From NCBI RefSeq assembly GCF_009914755.1, contig NC_060929.1: a DNA stretch of 64,000 bases; one strand, 5' to 3'. The stretch is from the human T2T-CHM13v2.0 reference genome, Homo sapiens. Numbering within the stretch: the first letter of the stretch is position 1; each line of letters begins with the position of its first letter. Below are positions 1 through 12,460 of this stretch, one piece after another. The position numbers and the translations under genes were made by a program. A model generated the notes under the pieces. That model had not been told where the DNA came from, did not search any database, and worked only from the letters and a program-made list of their open reading frames with translations.

Positions 1-479
1 TTACTGAACAAAGGAAAGTTTTTATACTCTCAAAAAAATAATGATGCTGCAAAGTTTCTCATTAGAAATCTCACCGTATTTTACAAATCAAAGGAAATGA
101 AGGTACCTAATATCCTCAAACAGATCTGTGTAAATATCTGTATGGTAGATACTGAGAAAATGAGAAGACACATTATTTCTTGCCTAATGCATCCTAGCAC
201 AGCATTTTGGAGTGTAATTTAAAAGTATCCAAGATTGAAAGACTGTATTTTACTCTTCTCCGTATATACAATTATTATTTTTTGATAGTGTTCTACTATT
301 TATAGTAAGGTTTTAATAAATAGTTAATATAGTCCTTTCCACCCTTTCTTTTTAAAAAGCTTTTGAAGGTATAATTGACATTTAATAAATGGGAGATACT
401 TAAGGTGTGGAATTTGACAAATTATGACATGTATACCATCACCTTGAAACCATCATTCCAATCAATATAATAAACATAA

Positions 480-809
<330 letters not shown>

Positions 810-1033
810 TAATCTTTTTTAGCCCTTTGTCTTGCCCATACTTCTCCTTCCCCCTAATCTCAGGCACCTCTGATTTGCACTGTATCTATAGTCTGTATTT
901 TTTGTAATTTTATACAAATGCAATCCTATGGTATGTACTCTTTTTTTTTTTTGCTTCCTTTGATCAGCATTGAGATCAATTCCTGTTTTTGCATGTATCA
1001 ATTGTTCATTTCTTTTTATTGTTGATTTGCATT

Positions 1034-1035
<2 letters not shown>

Positions 1036-1078
<43 letters not shown>

Positions 1079-1357
1079 AGACAGAGTCTTGTTCTACTGC
1101 CCAGGCTGGAGTGCAGTGGCATGATCTTGGCTCACTGCAACCTCTGCCTCCTGGGTTCAAGTGATTCTCCTGCCTCAGCCTCCTGAGTAGCTGGCATTAC
1201 AGGCGCGTGCCACCACGCTTAGCTAATTTTTGTATTTTTAGTAGAGATGGGGTTTCACCATGTTAGTCAGGCTGATCTCGAACTCTTGACCTCATGATCC
1301 ACCCGCCTTGGCCTCCCAAAGTGCTGGGATTACAGGCATGAGCCACCACGCCCAGCC
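1036..1357 (-). mobile_element. AluS (Sg/Sc-like) with about 42-nt poly-A tail
   Basis: Full Alu; perfect 13-bp TSD tgatttgcattcc at 1023-1035 and 1358-1370. Confidence 0.97.
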
Positions 1358-1560
1358 TGATTTGCATTCCATTATATGGATATACCATAGTTTGTTTATT
1401 CATTTACCTTAATTTAGGTTGTTTTCAATTTTTGGCTATTACAAACAAAACTACTAGAAACATTTGTGTATGCTTTTACTTTTCTTGGGAAAATACCTAA
1501 TAGGATGGCCAGGTCATATGATAAGCATGTATCTAACATTTTAAGAAATGCCAAGCTGCT

Positions 1561-3415
1561 TTGTTTTTTCCAACTGATTTTAGGTTGATGGGGTACATGT
1601 GCAGGTTTGTTGCATGGGTAGACTGCATGTCACTGGGGTTTGGTGTACAGATGATGTCATTATCCAAGTAGTGAGCATGGTATCCAGTAGGTAGTTTTTG
1701 AAACTTCATGTTTCTCCCAGCCTCTACCTCCAAGTAGGCTCCAGTGTCTTCTGTGCCCACCGTTGTGTCCACGTGTACTCAGTGTTTAACTCCTATTTGA
1801 AAGTGAGAATATGCGGTATTTGGTTTTTTGTTCCTGTGTTAATTCACATAGGATAATGGTCTCTAGCTCTATCCATGTTGCTGCAAAGGACCTAATTTTG
1901 TTTTTATGGCTGCATAATATTCCATAGCGTATATATACCATATTTTCTTTATTCAGTCCACTGTTGATTGACATCTTGGTTGATTCCATGTCTTTGCTAT
2001 TGTGAATAGTGCTACAATGAACAAGTGCACATGTCTTTTTGGTAGAACAATTTATATTCCTTTGGGTATTTACCCAGTAATGGGATTTCTGGGTCAAATG
2101 GTTATTTTAAGTTCTTTGAGACACCTCCAAACTGCTTTCTTTCCACAGTGGCTGAAGTAATTGACATTCTCACCAGCAGCGTATAAGCATTCCTTTTTCT
2201 CTGCAAACTTGCCAGCATCTGTTATTTTTGACTTTTTAATAATAGCTATTCTAACTGGTGTGAGATGAGATCTCAGATCTCATTGTGGTTTTGATTTGCA
2301 TTCTCTAATGATTAGTGATATCGAACATATTTTCATATGCTTGTTGGCCACATGTATGTCTTCTTTTGAGAAGCGTCTGTTCATGTCCTTTGCCCATTTT
2401 TTAATGGGGTTTTTTTTGCTTAAGTTCCTTATAAATTATGGATATTAGACTTTTGTTGGATGCATAGTTTTTGTATATTTTCTCCCATTCTGTAGATTGT
2501 CTGTTTACTCAATGGTTTCTTTTGCTATGCAGAAGCTCTTTAGTTTAATTAGGTTCCACTTAGTCTATTTTTGTTTTTGTTGCAATTGCTTTTGGTGACT
2601 TCATTATGAAATCTTTACCAAGGCTTATGTACAAATGGTATTTCCTAGGTTTTCTTCTAGTGTTTTTATAGTTTCAGGTTTTATATTTCAATCTTTAACC
2701 CATTTTGAGTTGATTTTTGTATATGTGAAAAGAAGGGGTCTAGTTTCATTCTTCTGCATATGGCTAGCCAGCTATCCCAGCACCATTTATTAAATAGAGA
2801 ATCCTTTCCCCATTGCTTGTTTTTGTTGACTTTGTCAAAGATCAGATGGTTGTAGGTGTGCAGCTTTATTTCTGAGTGCTGTAATCTGTTCCATTGTTCT
2901 ACATGTCTGTTTTTATACCAGCAGCATGCTATTTTGGTTTCTGTATCCCTGTAGTTACAGTTTGAAGTTCAGTAGTGTGATGCCTCCAGTTTTGTTCTTT
3001 TTGCTTAGAATTGCTTTGGCTATTTGGGCTCTTTTTGGTTCCATATGAATTTTAGAATGGTTTTTTTCCTAATTTTGTGAAAAATGTTGTTGGTAGTTTG
3101 ATGGGAATAGCATTGAATCTGTAAATTGCTTTGGGCAGAATGACCATTATTACAATATTGAGTCTTCCTATCCATGAGCGTGGAATGTTTTTCATCTGTG
3201 TGTGTTGTCTCTGATTGTTTTCAGCAGTAGTTTGTAATTTTCATTGTAGAGCTCTTTCACCTCCCTGGTTAGCTGTATTCCTAGGTATTTTATTCTTTTT
3301 GTGGCTATTGTAAATGGATTGTGTTCATTATTTGCCTGTCAGCTTGAAAGTTTTTGGTGTATAGAAATGCAACCAATTTTTGTACACTGATTTTGTATCC
3401 CGAAACTTTACTGAA
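1561..3415 (-). mobile_element. 5'-truncated L1PA15-17-like LINE
   Basis: 3'UTR (acaaacctgcacatgtacccc on minus) and ORF2 C-terminus (SFAATWIELETIILCELTQEQKTKYRIFSL). Confidence 0.9.
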
Positions 3416-3522
3416 ACAAAACTTTTTCAAAGTGATTGTGTCACTAGCATGTATGAGAGTTCTAGTTTCTCAACATTCTCACCAACACTATATGGTCAAA
3501 ATTTTTAAGGTTAGCCACTCTA

Positions 3523-3963
3523 CACTATTCACAATAGCAAAACTTGGAACCAACCCAAATGTCCATGAATGATAGACTGGATTAAGAAAATGTGGCACAT
3601 ATACACCATGGAATACTATGCAGCCATAAAAAATGATGAATTCATGTCCTTTGTAGGGACGTGGATGAAGCTGGAAACCATCATTCTGAGCGAACTATCA
3701 CAAGGACAGAAAACCAAACACCGCATGTTCTCACTCACAGTGGGAATTGAACAATGAGAACACTTGGTCACAGGGTGGGGAACATCACACACCGGGTCCT
3801 GTCGTGGGGTAGGGGGAGGGGGGAGGGATAGCATTACGAGATATACCTAATGTAGATGATGAGTTAATGGGTGCAGCACACCAACATGGCACATGTATAC
3901 ATATGTAACAAACCTGCAGGTTGTGCACATGTATCCTAGAACTTAAAGTATATATAAAAAAAA
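3523..3963 (+). mobile_element. 5'-truncated L1PA4/5-like 3' fragment
   Basis: ORF2 end [42 protein letters not shown]-rich 3'UTR and A tail; TSD aaggttagccactctac (3507-3523) / aagattagccactctac (3962-3978). Confidence 0.95.
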
Positions 3964-6244
3964 GATTAGCCACTCTACTAGAAATGTGTGGTATGCTACT
4001 GTGTTTTAAATATTCATTCCCCTAAATGACTATCATTTTTCTACTTATTTGCCATCTATATTTCTTCTCCTTCTTGCCTTGTTTTATTGTCTAAAACCTG
4101 CTGTAAAAATTTTAATAGAAGCACTGCACTTAGGCATCCTTAATTTGTTCCTGATTTGAGGGTAAAAGCATTCAGTTTTTAAGATTCAGTATGATGATAA
4201 TTGTAGATTCTTCACAGATGGGTTTATCTGTTTACCTACTTAAGAAGTCCCATTCTATTTCTAATCTAGTAAGTTTTTCTCAGGAATACTTGTTTGATTT
4301 TGTCAAATCTTTTTCCTGCATCTAGTGAGATGCTCATTTTTTTTCCTTTAAAAATGCGTTTATGTAGAGAATTACGTGAATTGAACTTTGAATGTTAAAG
4401 CAATCTTGCATTGGGTTATGGTATATTATCCTTTTCTATATTGTTGGATTCTATTTGTTAAAATTTTATTTAGAATTGTTGCATTTATACTCTTGAAAGT
4501 AATAGGTATCAAGGAATGCTTATCCCATAGAATAAGTTGGGAATTATTTGCCCCTCTTGAATGTTCTGGGAAGTTTGTGTATAATTGTTGCTCTTTCTTT
4601 CTTAAATATATGAGAGAATTCACCAGTGAGTCATCTAGGCTTGATGTTTCTTTGCATGTGGTTTTTAATTATAAATTCAATTTCCTTAATAGACATAATA
4701 TTTTCAGGTTATCTATTTTTTCTTGAGTGGCTTTGGTAATTTGTGTCTTTTTAAGGAACTTCTGCATTTCATCTAAGTTTTCAAATTTACTGTTGTAATG
4801 TTGTTCATAATATTATTATAATTTTAATATCTGAAGACTCTGTAAAGATGTACCTCTTTCATTCCCAACATCGGTATTTTGTGTCTTTTATCTTTTCTTC
4901 CTAATCAGTCTGGCTACATCTTCCCAAAAAAACAAGACTTTAATTTTATCGATATTCTCTATTGTTTTTCTATTTTCTATCTCACTGATTTTCTCTCGGA
5001 TCATTATTATTTCATTTCTTCTGCTTACTTTGGGTTTCATTTGTTTTTCATCTAGTTTCTTAAAGTAGAAGCTGAAGTCATTGATTTGAGACACTTCTTT
5101 CCTAATGTAGGCATTTAGTGCTATACATTGCTTGTAAAGTAGTGGCATGCCATAAATTTGGATATACTGGGTTTTTATTTTTATTTATTCAAAATAATTT
5201 CTAATTTTCCCTTTGAATTTTTCTTTGACCCTTGACTTATTTAGAAATATGTTATTTACTTCTGAAATCTTTGGGAGATTGTCCAGAGATCTTTCTCATT
5301 TTAATTTCTAATTTAATTCCAATATTGTCAGAGAACATGATTCGATTTACTTTTTAAAAATTTCACTGAGACATTTTATGGCCCAAAATATGGCTTATCT
5401 TGGTAAATACTCTGGATGTGTTCAAAAAGAATGTATATTCTGCTGTTGTTGAATGTTCTGTAAAGGCCAATTAGGTCAAGTCAGCTAATTGTTTGCTTAA
5501 GTCTTTTGTATCCTCACTGGTTTTCTGTTCCATCAATTGTTGTAAGAGGAATATTAAAATCTTATATAATTTGGGTTTATTTTTTCTTTTCACTTCAGTT
5601 AGTTTTTGAAGTTCTGTTGTCATATGCATTAACATATTTAGCATTGTTATTTTCTCCTGATAACCTGGTCCCTTTATCATTATGAAATGACTTCATCCTT
5701 GATAATATTCTTTGCTTTGAAATTCACTTTTATATTAATATAGCCATTCCAATTTTGTTTAGATTAGCATTAGCATGGTGTACCTTTTCCCAATCTTTAG
5801 CTTTTAACCTATTTGTACCTTTTAAATTATGTTTTCTGTGGGTAGCATAGAGTTGAATTTTGTTTTTTTAAAAAACCCAATATCTTTTATTTTATAAGCC
5901 TTTTAATTGAAGAGTTTATACTATTCACATTTATTGTGCTTATTGATATAGTTAGACTTAAATTCATTTTATTGTTTTTTACTGTGGCACCTTTTTTTGT
6001 TCCCTTTTACTGAATTCTTTTGGTATATTAGGTTTTTTTATGACTTCATTTTACCCACCTTTCTCGGTATTGAGCCACAGTTCTTAGTGGTGTTGTTTTA
6101 ATGGTTGCTATAGGTTTTATAGTATTTATCTTTAAATTACCAGTCTGTCTTGTAGTGATTTTATACTACTTCATATATAGTACAAAAACTTTACAATAGT
6201 ATATTTCGGTTTTTCCCCTTCCCATCTTTGTGATGCTGTGCAGT

Positions 6245-6415
6245 CTTCTGGCAATCCAAAGAGAAAGGACTATGGAGACCTCAGCCCTGTGTCTTTAAGC
6301 CACTGAGCAAATATAGCAGTTGCCTCCCTCTAGCTTTTCATGTGACAAAGAAACAACAAAACTTCATTTGTTGAAGCCACTGCTTAGTCAGCTACAGCTG
6401 AATCCAATACCCCAT
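6245..6415 (+). mobile_element. MLT1 (ERVL-MaLR) LTR 3' fragment
   Basis: ttgttgaagccactg...cagctgaatccaat resembles MLT1J/K termini. Confidence 0.45.
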
Positions 6416-6644
6416 ATGCAAATGGAGAAAGGGGATATTATCTGTGTATAATTAAACATCATTTTTATTTCTTTCACAATATAAACCAAACAGTCATTTT
6501 TAGGTTTTGAAAAGGTAAAACAGTTCAGGACAACCCATTTTCCTCATCCTCTGCCTCACCACTTTCAACCTTTAACCAAAATTTCAAGTATCAAAGCACA
6601 ATAGCACTATGCTAGAATTTATGTACAATATATTTACATCTCTG

Positions 6645-6760
6645 TTTATGGACTCTGAAATCCTTGAGGGCAAGATCTGTGTGTTATTTATCTTTGTGCC
6701 TTTAGAACTGAAAACATATCCTGGCACTTATTAGAAGATCAGGAAATTATTATTTGAATT
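6645..6760 (+). mobile_element. L2 3' end
   Basis: ccttgaggggcaagatctgtgtg...cctggcacttattag...tatttgaat L2 tail motif. Confidence 0.65.
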
Positions 6761-7196
6761 ACAATAGGAGAAGCAGCTCTTTAAACCCATAGTACAGGCT
6801 GTGTCCACAGGATACAAATCAGTGGTCAGATATGTGATATGACAGGCAAGCGGAAGGGAGCCAGGAGAGAGGACCAGCACTTTGTCATTGTACCAGTGTC
6901 TTGCTTCCTATAGTCCAGAAAACATCATGTGGCTCTACAGGGACAAAAGTGTCTTCTGGGTGCCTGAAGAAAACTACCTTACAAAAAGAAGCCTTAATAG
7001 ATGCTTTAGCAAATCCTCCTCCACTTGCAGCATTTTCTGCCTATTAGTTACATTTCACCAAAGAGAGCAATCATATTAAAATATAGTTATCATACTTACT
7101 TAATATGGATACTTTAAAATATTTCACTTAAAAAGTCTCACTTAAAATGGATACTTAAAAATGGATATTTAAAATGGATACTGAATCATAAAATAC

Positions 7197-7258
7197 AAGC
7201 CAAACAATGGCATGCTCATTTAATGGCAAAAAGCCAAAGAATGGCATGCTCATTTAAT
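7197..7258. repeat. 28-bp direct repeat, 2 copies, period 34
   Basis: aagccaaacaatggcatgctcatttaat (7197-7224) vs aagccaaagaatggcatgctcatttaat (7231-7258), 1 mismatch. Confidence 0.9.
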
Positions 7259-8569
7259 TTTGTTTTCTACTGTAATGATTATTCACTCATCAATTGTCTC
7301 AGATCTGGGGGTATGGTATTTTCTGGCCCATGGAGTCTAAACTCAACAGGAACCAGCAACAGCTCAAATCAGATTTCTTCTCTTGACTGTACATAAAGGT
7401 TAGACAAGATATCAAGGCATGAAACTCCCAAGTATTGCGTCATTGACAACTGAAATTGCCTAAGTGTGAGATCATACTTCTGCCCGAAAACTTGCAAGAA
7501 TATCTTTGGCATGGATGTCAGTGGGATGACCAGATAAAATGGAGCCAATGAGATCAGGTGATTTTGACATTGTAAATTATTCTGTATTTTGTGATTTTAT
7601 GTATTGGCAGCCATTCTCTTCAAATTACAGACACATACTCAATAAAAGTTGCTCACAGTGTGGAGTCTAGAGTATTTTAAGTAGATCAGAAAAAACTAGG
7701 GTTGAAAAACCCAGTTTTCCTGCAAGTTAGAGGGATGGATTTACAATGAGGATTTTAAAATGAAGGTTGAATTTGCAACCATTCATTTTCCACAAGCATG
7801 CCTAGACCACCTGATAAATAATACATTTTTGTATTATGCTTATAAAATATGCAAATGGGTAGAATTTGCAAATAAATGCCTTGAAGAATTTTTAAAACTT
7901 CAGAAGTAGCCTAATCCTAGGATTTGCAGCCTTCTTGTTTGTGAGGTTTTTATTTTATTTTGTGACAGCAGCCATCAATTCAATTAAACTATATGGAAAA
8001 TAAAATTTGGTTGTTTGTGTTTTTTTTTTCCTTTCTGAAAGAAGAAAATGATCAAAATTTGGCAAAATGGGAAGCAAGACGCAATTTGCAAACAGGGAAA
8101 TCAAACAGTGCCACATCAAAATAAGAGGGAAGGAAATCCAGCAGCTAAGCAGGTATAGCCTTACTTGTTATCTCTGTCCTTCACTCTCATTCTCAACATT
8201 CTTTCCTTGTGGTGGAAAAACGTAGATATGATTAGAAACTGCAAAGTTAGAAGCTAAAATAATGCTCTGACAGCAAACGGAAGGACAAGGTGAAAACTCA
8301 GAATCTGTAGGCATGGAAAATACTGCAAGAGATGGCCATTTCAAATATACTCCAAAGCAGCCTCTGGCAAACACCCAAGAATAGTAGGTAAGCATGACCA
8401 ATATTAGCTTCTTATAAAATGAAGCTACAAATCCCCATGATGTATATGCCCACAGAGGTAACACAGATTAGAAACTTGCATACAAAAATGCATGAACAAG
8501 ACTGCTGAATTGCCTTTACACGTTAGACATGTTTTCCAGCCCCGAAGCTACTGTCTGTTGAGGACATGC

Positions 8570-8965
8570 TCTGTGCTGGGCGAGATAAGTACAACTCAAA
8601 TAGTCCTCACAACAGCCGCATGGCTTAGGTGTTTATAAGCAAAGAAACTAAAGCACAGAGAGGTTCAGGGGCTTGCCTGTGGCTAAGCGTGGCCAAGCTG
8701 GAATCAGAATTCAGGTCTGACTGAGGACTACTTGAGGGTGGAGGATGGGAAAAGGGAGTGGAGCAGAAAAAATAAGTATTGGGTACTAGGCTTAGTACCT
8801 GGGTGATGAAATAATCTGTACAACAAACCCCCATGACACGAGTCTACCTATATAACAAACCTGCACATATACTCCTGAACCTAAAATAAAAATTAAAAAA
8901 AATAAAAAAGAACCCAAGACAGAAAAAAAAAAATTCAGGTGTAATGATCCTAAAGCCAGCCCTTC
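8570..8965 (-). mobile_element. MIR interrupted by an L1 fragment
   Basis: cctcacaacagcc...gaaactaaagcacagagaggtt...aattcaggtctgact MIR core; resumes after 8933. Confidence 0.65.
8724..8933 (+). mobile_element. L1PA13-15-like extreme 3' fragment
   Basis: gggtactaggcttagtacctgggtgatgaaataatctgtacaacaaacccccatgacacg...aacctaaaataaaa; TSD core aattcaggt at 8708-8716 and 8932-8940. Confidence 0.92.
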
Positions 8966-9629
8966 TTCCTTATGATATCTTCATCAAGTGCCTCTGTTGC
9001 CAAACAGCAGATGGAACATCTGTGACCCCAATTCTGTCCTACATGTACAAGGGAAAGTTGCTGGTTAAAAGAAATCTCAGGAATCCTTTGGCAAATGAAG
9101 CATTCGTTAATAATGATAAATAAGTAAATTCAGATTTTTCTGAACTCTAAATACAGGCCAAGTACAAGAGGTGGCAGTCGAGAGGGGCATTACGGAGAAA
9201 ATGCTCGTAGCCCATTTTTCAATGACCTGAATTTCTCCCCTCATATGTTTGTTCTTTCAGGCCACACAGTTCCCAGATAGAGGTAAACTTCTTTTCTGGC
9301 CGAAGCCCTGGTTACGGGAAACAGTGTCTTCTGAAACGACCAGGTGTGGGGAAAGCGTCAGCATGACTAGACATACCTGGCTCACCTGTTGAACAAGCCC
9401 CAGTGAACCAGATTCAGGAATATCAGCAGGGAGAGGAGCTTCTGGGGAAAATCCCAACATGCAGGGCATAAGCTGCTTTCTGTCTCCTACAGTTTTGTGC
9501 AAAGTACAATGCGTGAATAACAGAGAGTAGGAAGGACAATGAAAACAGCACGAGAGATGAAGCGACTGAATGTCATCGGAATTGTGCCCATTTCTCCAAG
9601 CTTTTGGGCTGATGTGGTACTGTTTCTTA

Positions 9630-10530
9630 ATGCATCATTTATTTGTCTAATATATCATTCAAATATTTATCGAGGGCCAACTATGTTCAAGGCTGCGGGG
9701 ATATGACAAGCAAGGATGTTGTTTTCATGAAACTTACATTCTAGGATAGACAGATAGACAATGATGAGATAGACAATGGCAGACAGACAATGATGAGATA
9801 AACATATATATGAGTTGTTAAGTAGTGGTAAGACCTATGAAGACAAAAGAAACTAGTTAAGAGGCATAAAGTGCTACAGGGATACAAGTTTTCATAAGAA
9901 AGTCAGATAAGTCCCCTCTGAACAAGCAACGTTTGGATAGAGGCCTAAAAGAAGGGAGTGAGTGAGCCAGACAGCTAGGAGAAGACATCCCAGAGAGAGG
10001 GAACTATCAGTGTGAAATCCCTAAGACTGGTATGTGCTTGTGTCCCAGGAACATTAAGGAGGCTGGAGTGGCTGCAAAGAGGCAGGAGGGGAGCAGTAGG
10101 AGACAAAGACAGAGAGGCTACAGTGGCAATCAAAGCATGTCAGACAGCGCTTAAACACTCAGGACATTATCATTATAAGAATTTCTACCTTATTCTCTGA
10201 ATAAGATGAGAAGCCACTGGGGACTTTTAAGAAAAGAAATCACTGGCTTCTGTGCAGAAAAGAAACAAGAGTGAAAACAGGAGGAAAAAAAAAAGTCACT
10301 AGGAGGCTAGTGCAATAATCCAAGTGAGAAATGGACCAGAATGGTAGCAGTGGAGATGGTGAGGAGTGTTGGACATTGGGTACACAACAAAGGCAGTAGT
10401 GAAGAATGATGCCAAGATGTGTCGGCTTATATGACTGCAAGAATGGAGTTATTTACTGAGATGGGGACAGGCAGGTTAGAAGATATTTCATTTGTATTAT
10501 GTTTTAGGTGTCCACTAGATATGAACTAGG
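9630..10530 (-). mobile_element. L2 (L2a-like) LINE fragment
   Basis: cattcaaatatttatcgagggccaactatg at the 3' end; ggaggctagtgcaataatccaagtgaga internal L2 motif. Confidence 0.8.
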
Positions 10531-10659
10531 TGTTACATATCATCACCCCGACATGCTGTGACTCCTTACTCTGTGCAAATTTCTGTGCAAAAGCTTTCTG
10601 ACTTCATAGGATGTCTGAATTTGATTAATATTCATCTTTCACACTGGAGTGCAGTTGCA

Positions 10660-10770
10660 TGAGAGCAGTGGCTATTTCGATCTCTCTCTGTGTATTCCTA
10701 GCACCAAGCACAGTGCCTGACGAAGTACACACTCAGTGACTAGTGAATGGATGACTGAATGAAAGAGTGA
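10660..10770 (+). mobile_element. L2 3' end
   Basis: tgtattcctagcaccaagcacagtgcctgac...tgaatggatgactgaatga. Confidence 0.7.
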
Positions 10771-11964
10771 AGAAGTGAGACTTCCCAACAACTCCATACA
10801 GAACTGGACCAACTGCTTCCACAGCTCATCTTGGTCAAGTCTGATTCCCATAGGTGGCATGACCGATGGAGATGCCCCTGGCATCAATGCCTCCTCTTTC
10901 CCTTTGGTCCAGGTCACACCTTCAATTCAAGGTTCCTAAATGCTGATATTATTTTACTGTTACAAAATTTAGGAGAATATGAAAAAAATACATTTTCTTC
11001 ATAATATTATAGATTAATTTCCTCAATTTTATGCCACTATGGTGGCCTGATCTTAAATTTTCCATACAGGTCTACTTGAAAATTTACTCTAGGGTTCTTT
11101 TGTGATCTCACTCAACCTGCCAGACCATCCTAGCTCTACAGTTTGCACCCCCAACATCATACTCTGAAACCCTCTCATCCTTGCGCTAGCTTTATTTGTA
11201 GTCAGAGTAGTTTGTGGTCTATATTTCAGCGCAAGGAAAACTCTACTATCCATTTTCTAAGGCACAAGTTGATCTTATGCTTAAGAGTCCAGCACAAAGA
11301 CGAATTTCTCTGCATTGACTTTCCCTTTTCATGAGCTCTTCAATAAAATGGGTTAACAAATGAAGCCGTTACTTTCAATTAATATTTATTCAAAACAGAA
11401 TGATCTCTATGTGACTAGCTGCACCTGGGAAGGAAGGTTAACATAAGGGCATTTATATTAAAAGTCAGGAGTGGAGTCCTGAAGGGTCAATGTGAGAGCA
11501 ACAAGGTTGACCTCACCATTTCCCCAGTTGGTAACCCTACATAAGATATAGGTATTAGGCAGTACACAGTGTGATTCCTGGTGTTTTTTTTTTAAAAAGT
11601 TCATCTTGCTATTTAGAGGCAAAGACATGGGAGTCAAGTCATCATCCATGGTTGACACACTGGCCAGCCTTTATTTAAAGAATAAAAAGGGTTACATGGT
11701 CAACTAAGTTAGGAACCTTCTGCTTATCATCTTTCTCTTGCATATTTACAATGGACATGAGCAGCTTAGATGCAGGGAGAAGCTTTAGATTTTAGAACAC
11801 TGCTTAACCTTGTTTAATATAACATTTTTACAAACTTATTTTTATTTGTCGCTAAATGTCTTTAGAAACATGGCATTCTGTAGAAGATAATTTATAAGAG
11901 GCTGAACTAACTTGCTCTACTCAGAAGTTAATAGCATGAAAGGAAGGAAGCTGCCTCATATACC

Positions 11965-12085
11965 GAAGAGTGTAGTCTTTGACCAGGTTCAAAGACATGG
12001 GTTCAATTCCCCACTAACCTACTTAATGGCTTTGTGGCCTCAGGTGAGTTACTAAACCTTTTTGTGCATCTATAAATTGAAATTC
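11965..12085 (+). mobile_element. MIR fragment
   Basis: gggttcaattccc...tgtggcctcaggtgagttactaaacct. Confidence 0.65.
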
Positions 12086-12249
12086 TATATTGGTTTTTAA
12101 ATCTAAGTATTTTACATCTAATGCATGTAAAATATCTTTATATGTAATACATATTATCCACGTTTTTATAATCTGGGCTCACCTTTGCACCTTTGTCCTT
12201 TCTAGGACTCTGTTTCACCCTTGGTCATCATCCCTGGTTTAGAGTAGCC

Positions 12250-12460
12250 AGATGTAGTAGATAAGAGCAGGAGCATTGGATTAAGATACACTTGAATTCA
12301 ATTTTTCATTCTGCCATTTACTAGCTGTGTGGTCCTGGGCAAGTTACTTGAACTCTACGGGCCTTAGTTTCTTTATCTGTGAAACAGAACTGCAGGGAGG
12401 ATCAAAATAGTTAAAGCACATGGAGTGACCAGCAGGGGGCCTACTTCAGAGTAAATGGCA
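12250..12460 (+). mobile_element. MIR
   Basis: ctgccatttactagctgtgtggtcctgggcaagttacttgaactct MIR core. Confidence 0.8.

Noticed and set aside
9748-9802. Small tandem duplications (agacaatgatgagata x2; also 47891-47940 and 63591-63612)
   Set aside because: Common slippage products inside decayed repeats, with no further structure.
12043-12050. Perfect donor CAG|GTGAGT
   Set aside because: Falls in the MIR core, where this variant arises easily; no matching upstream acceptor is evident.
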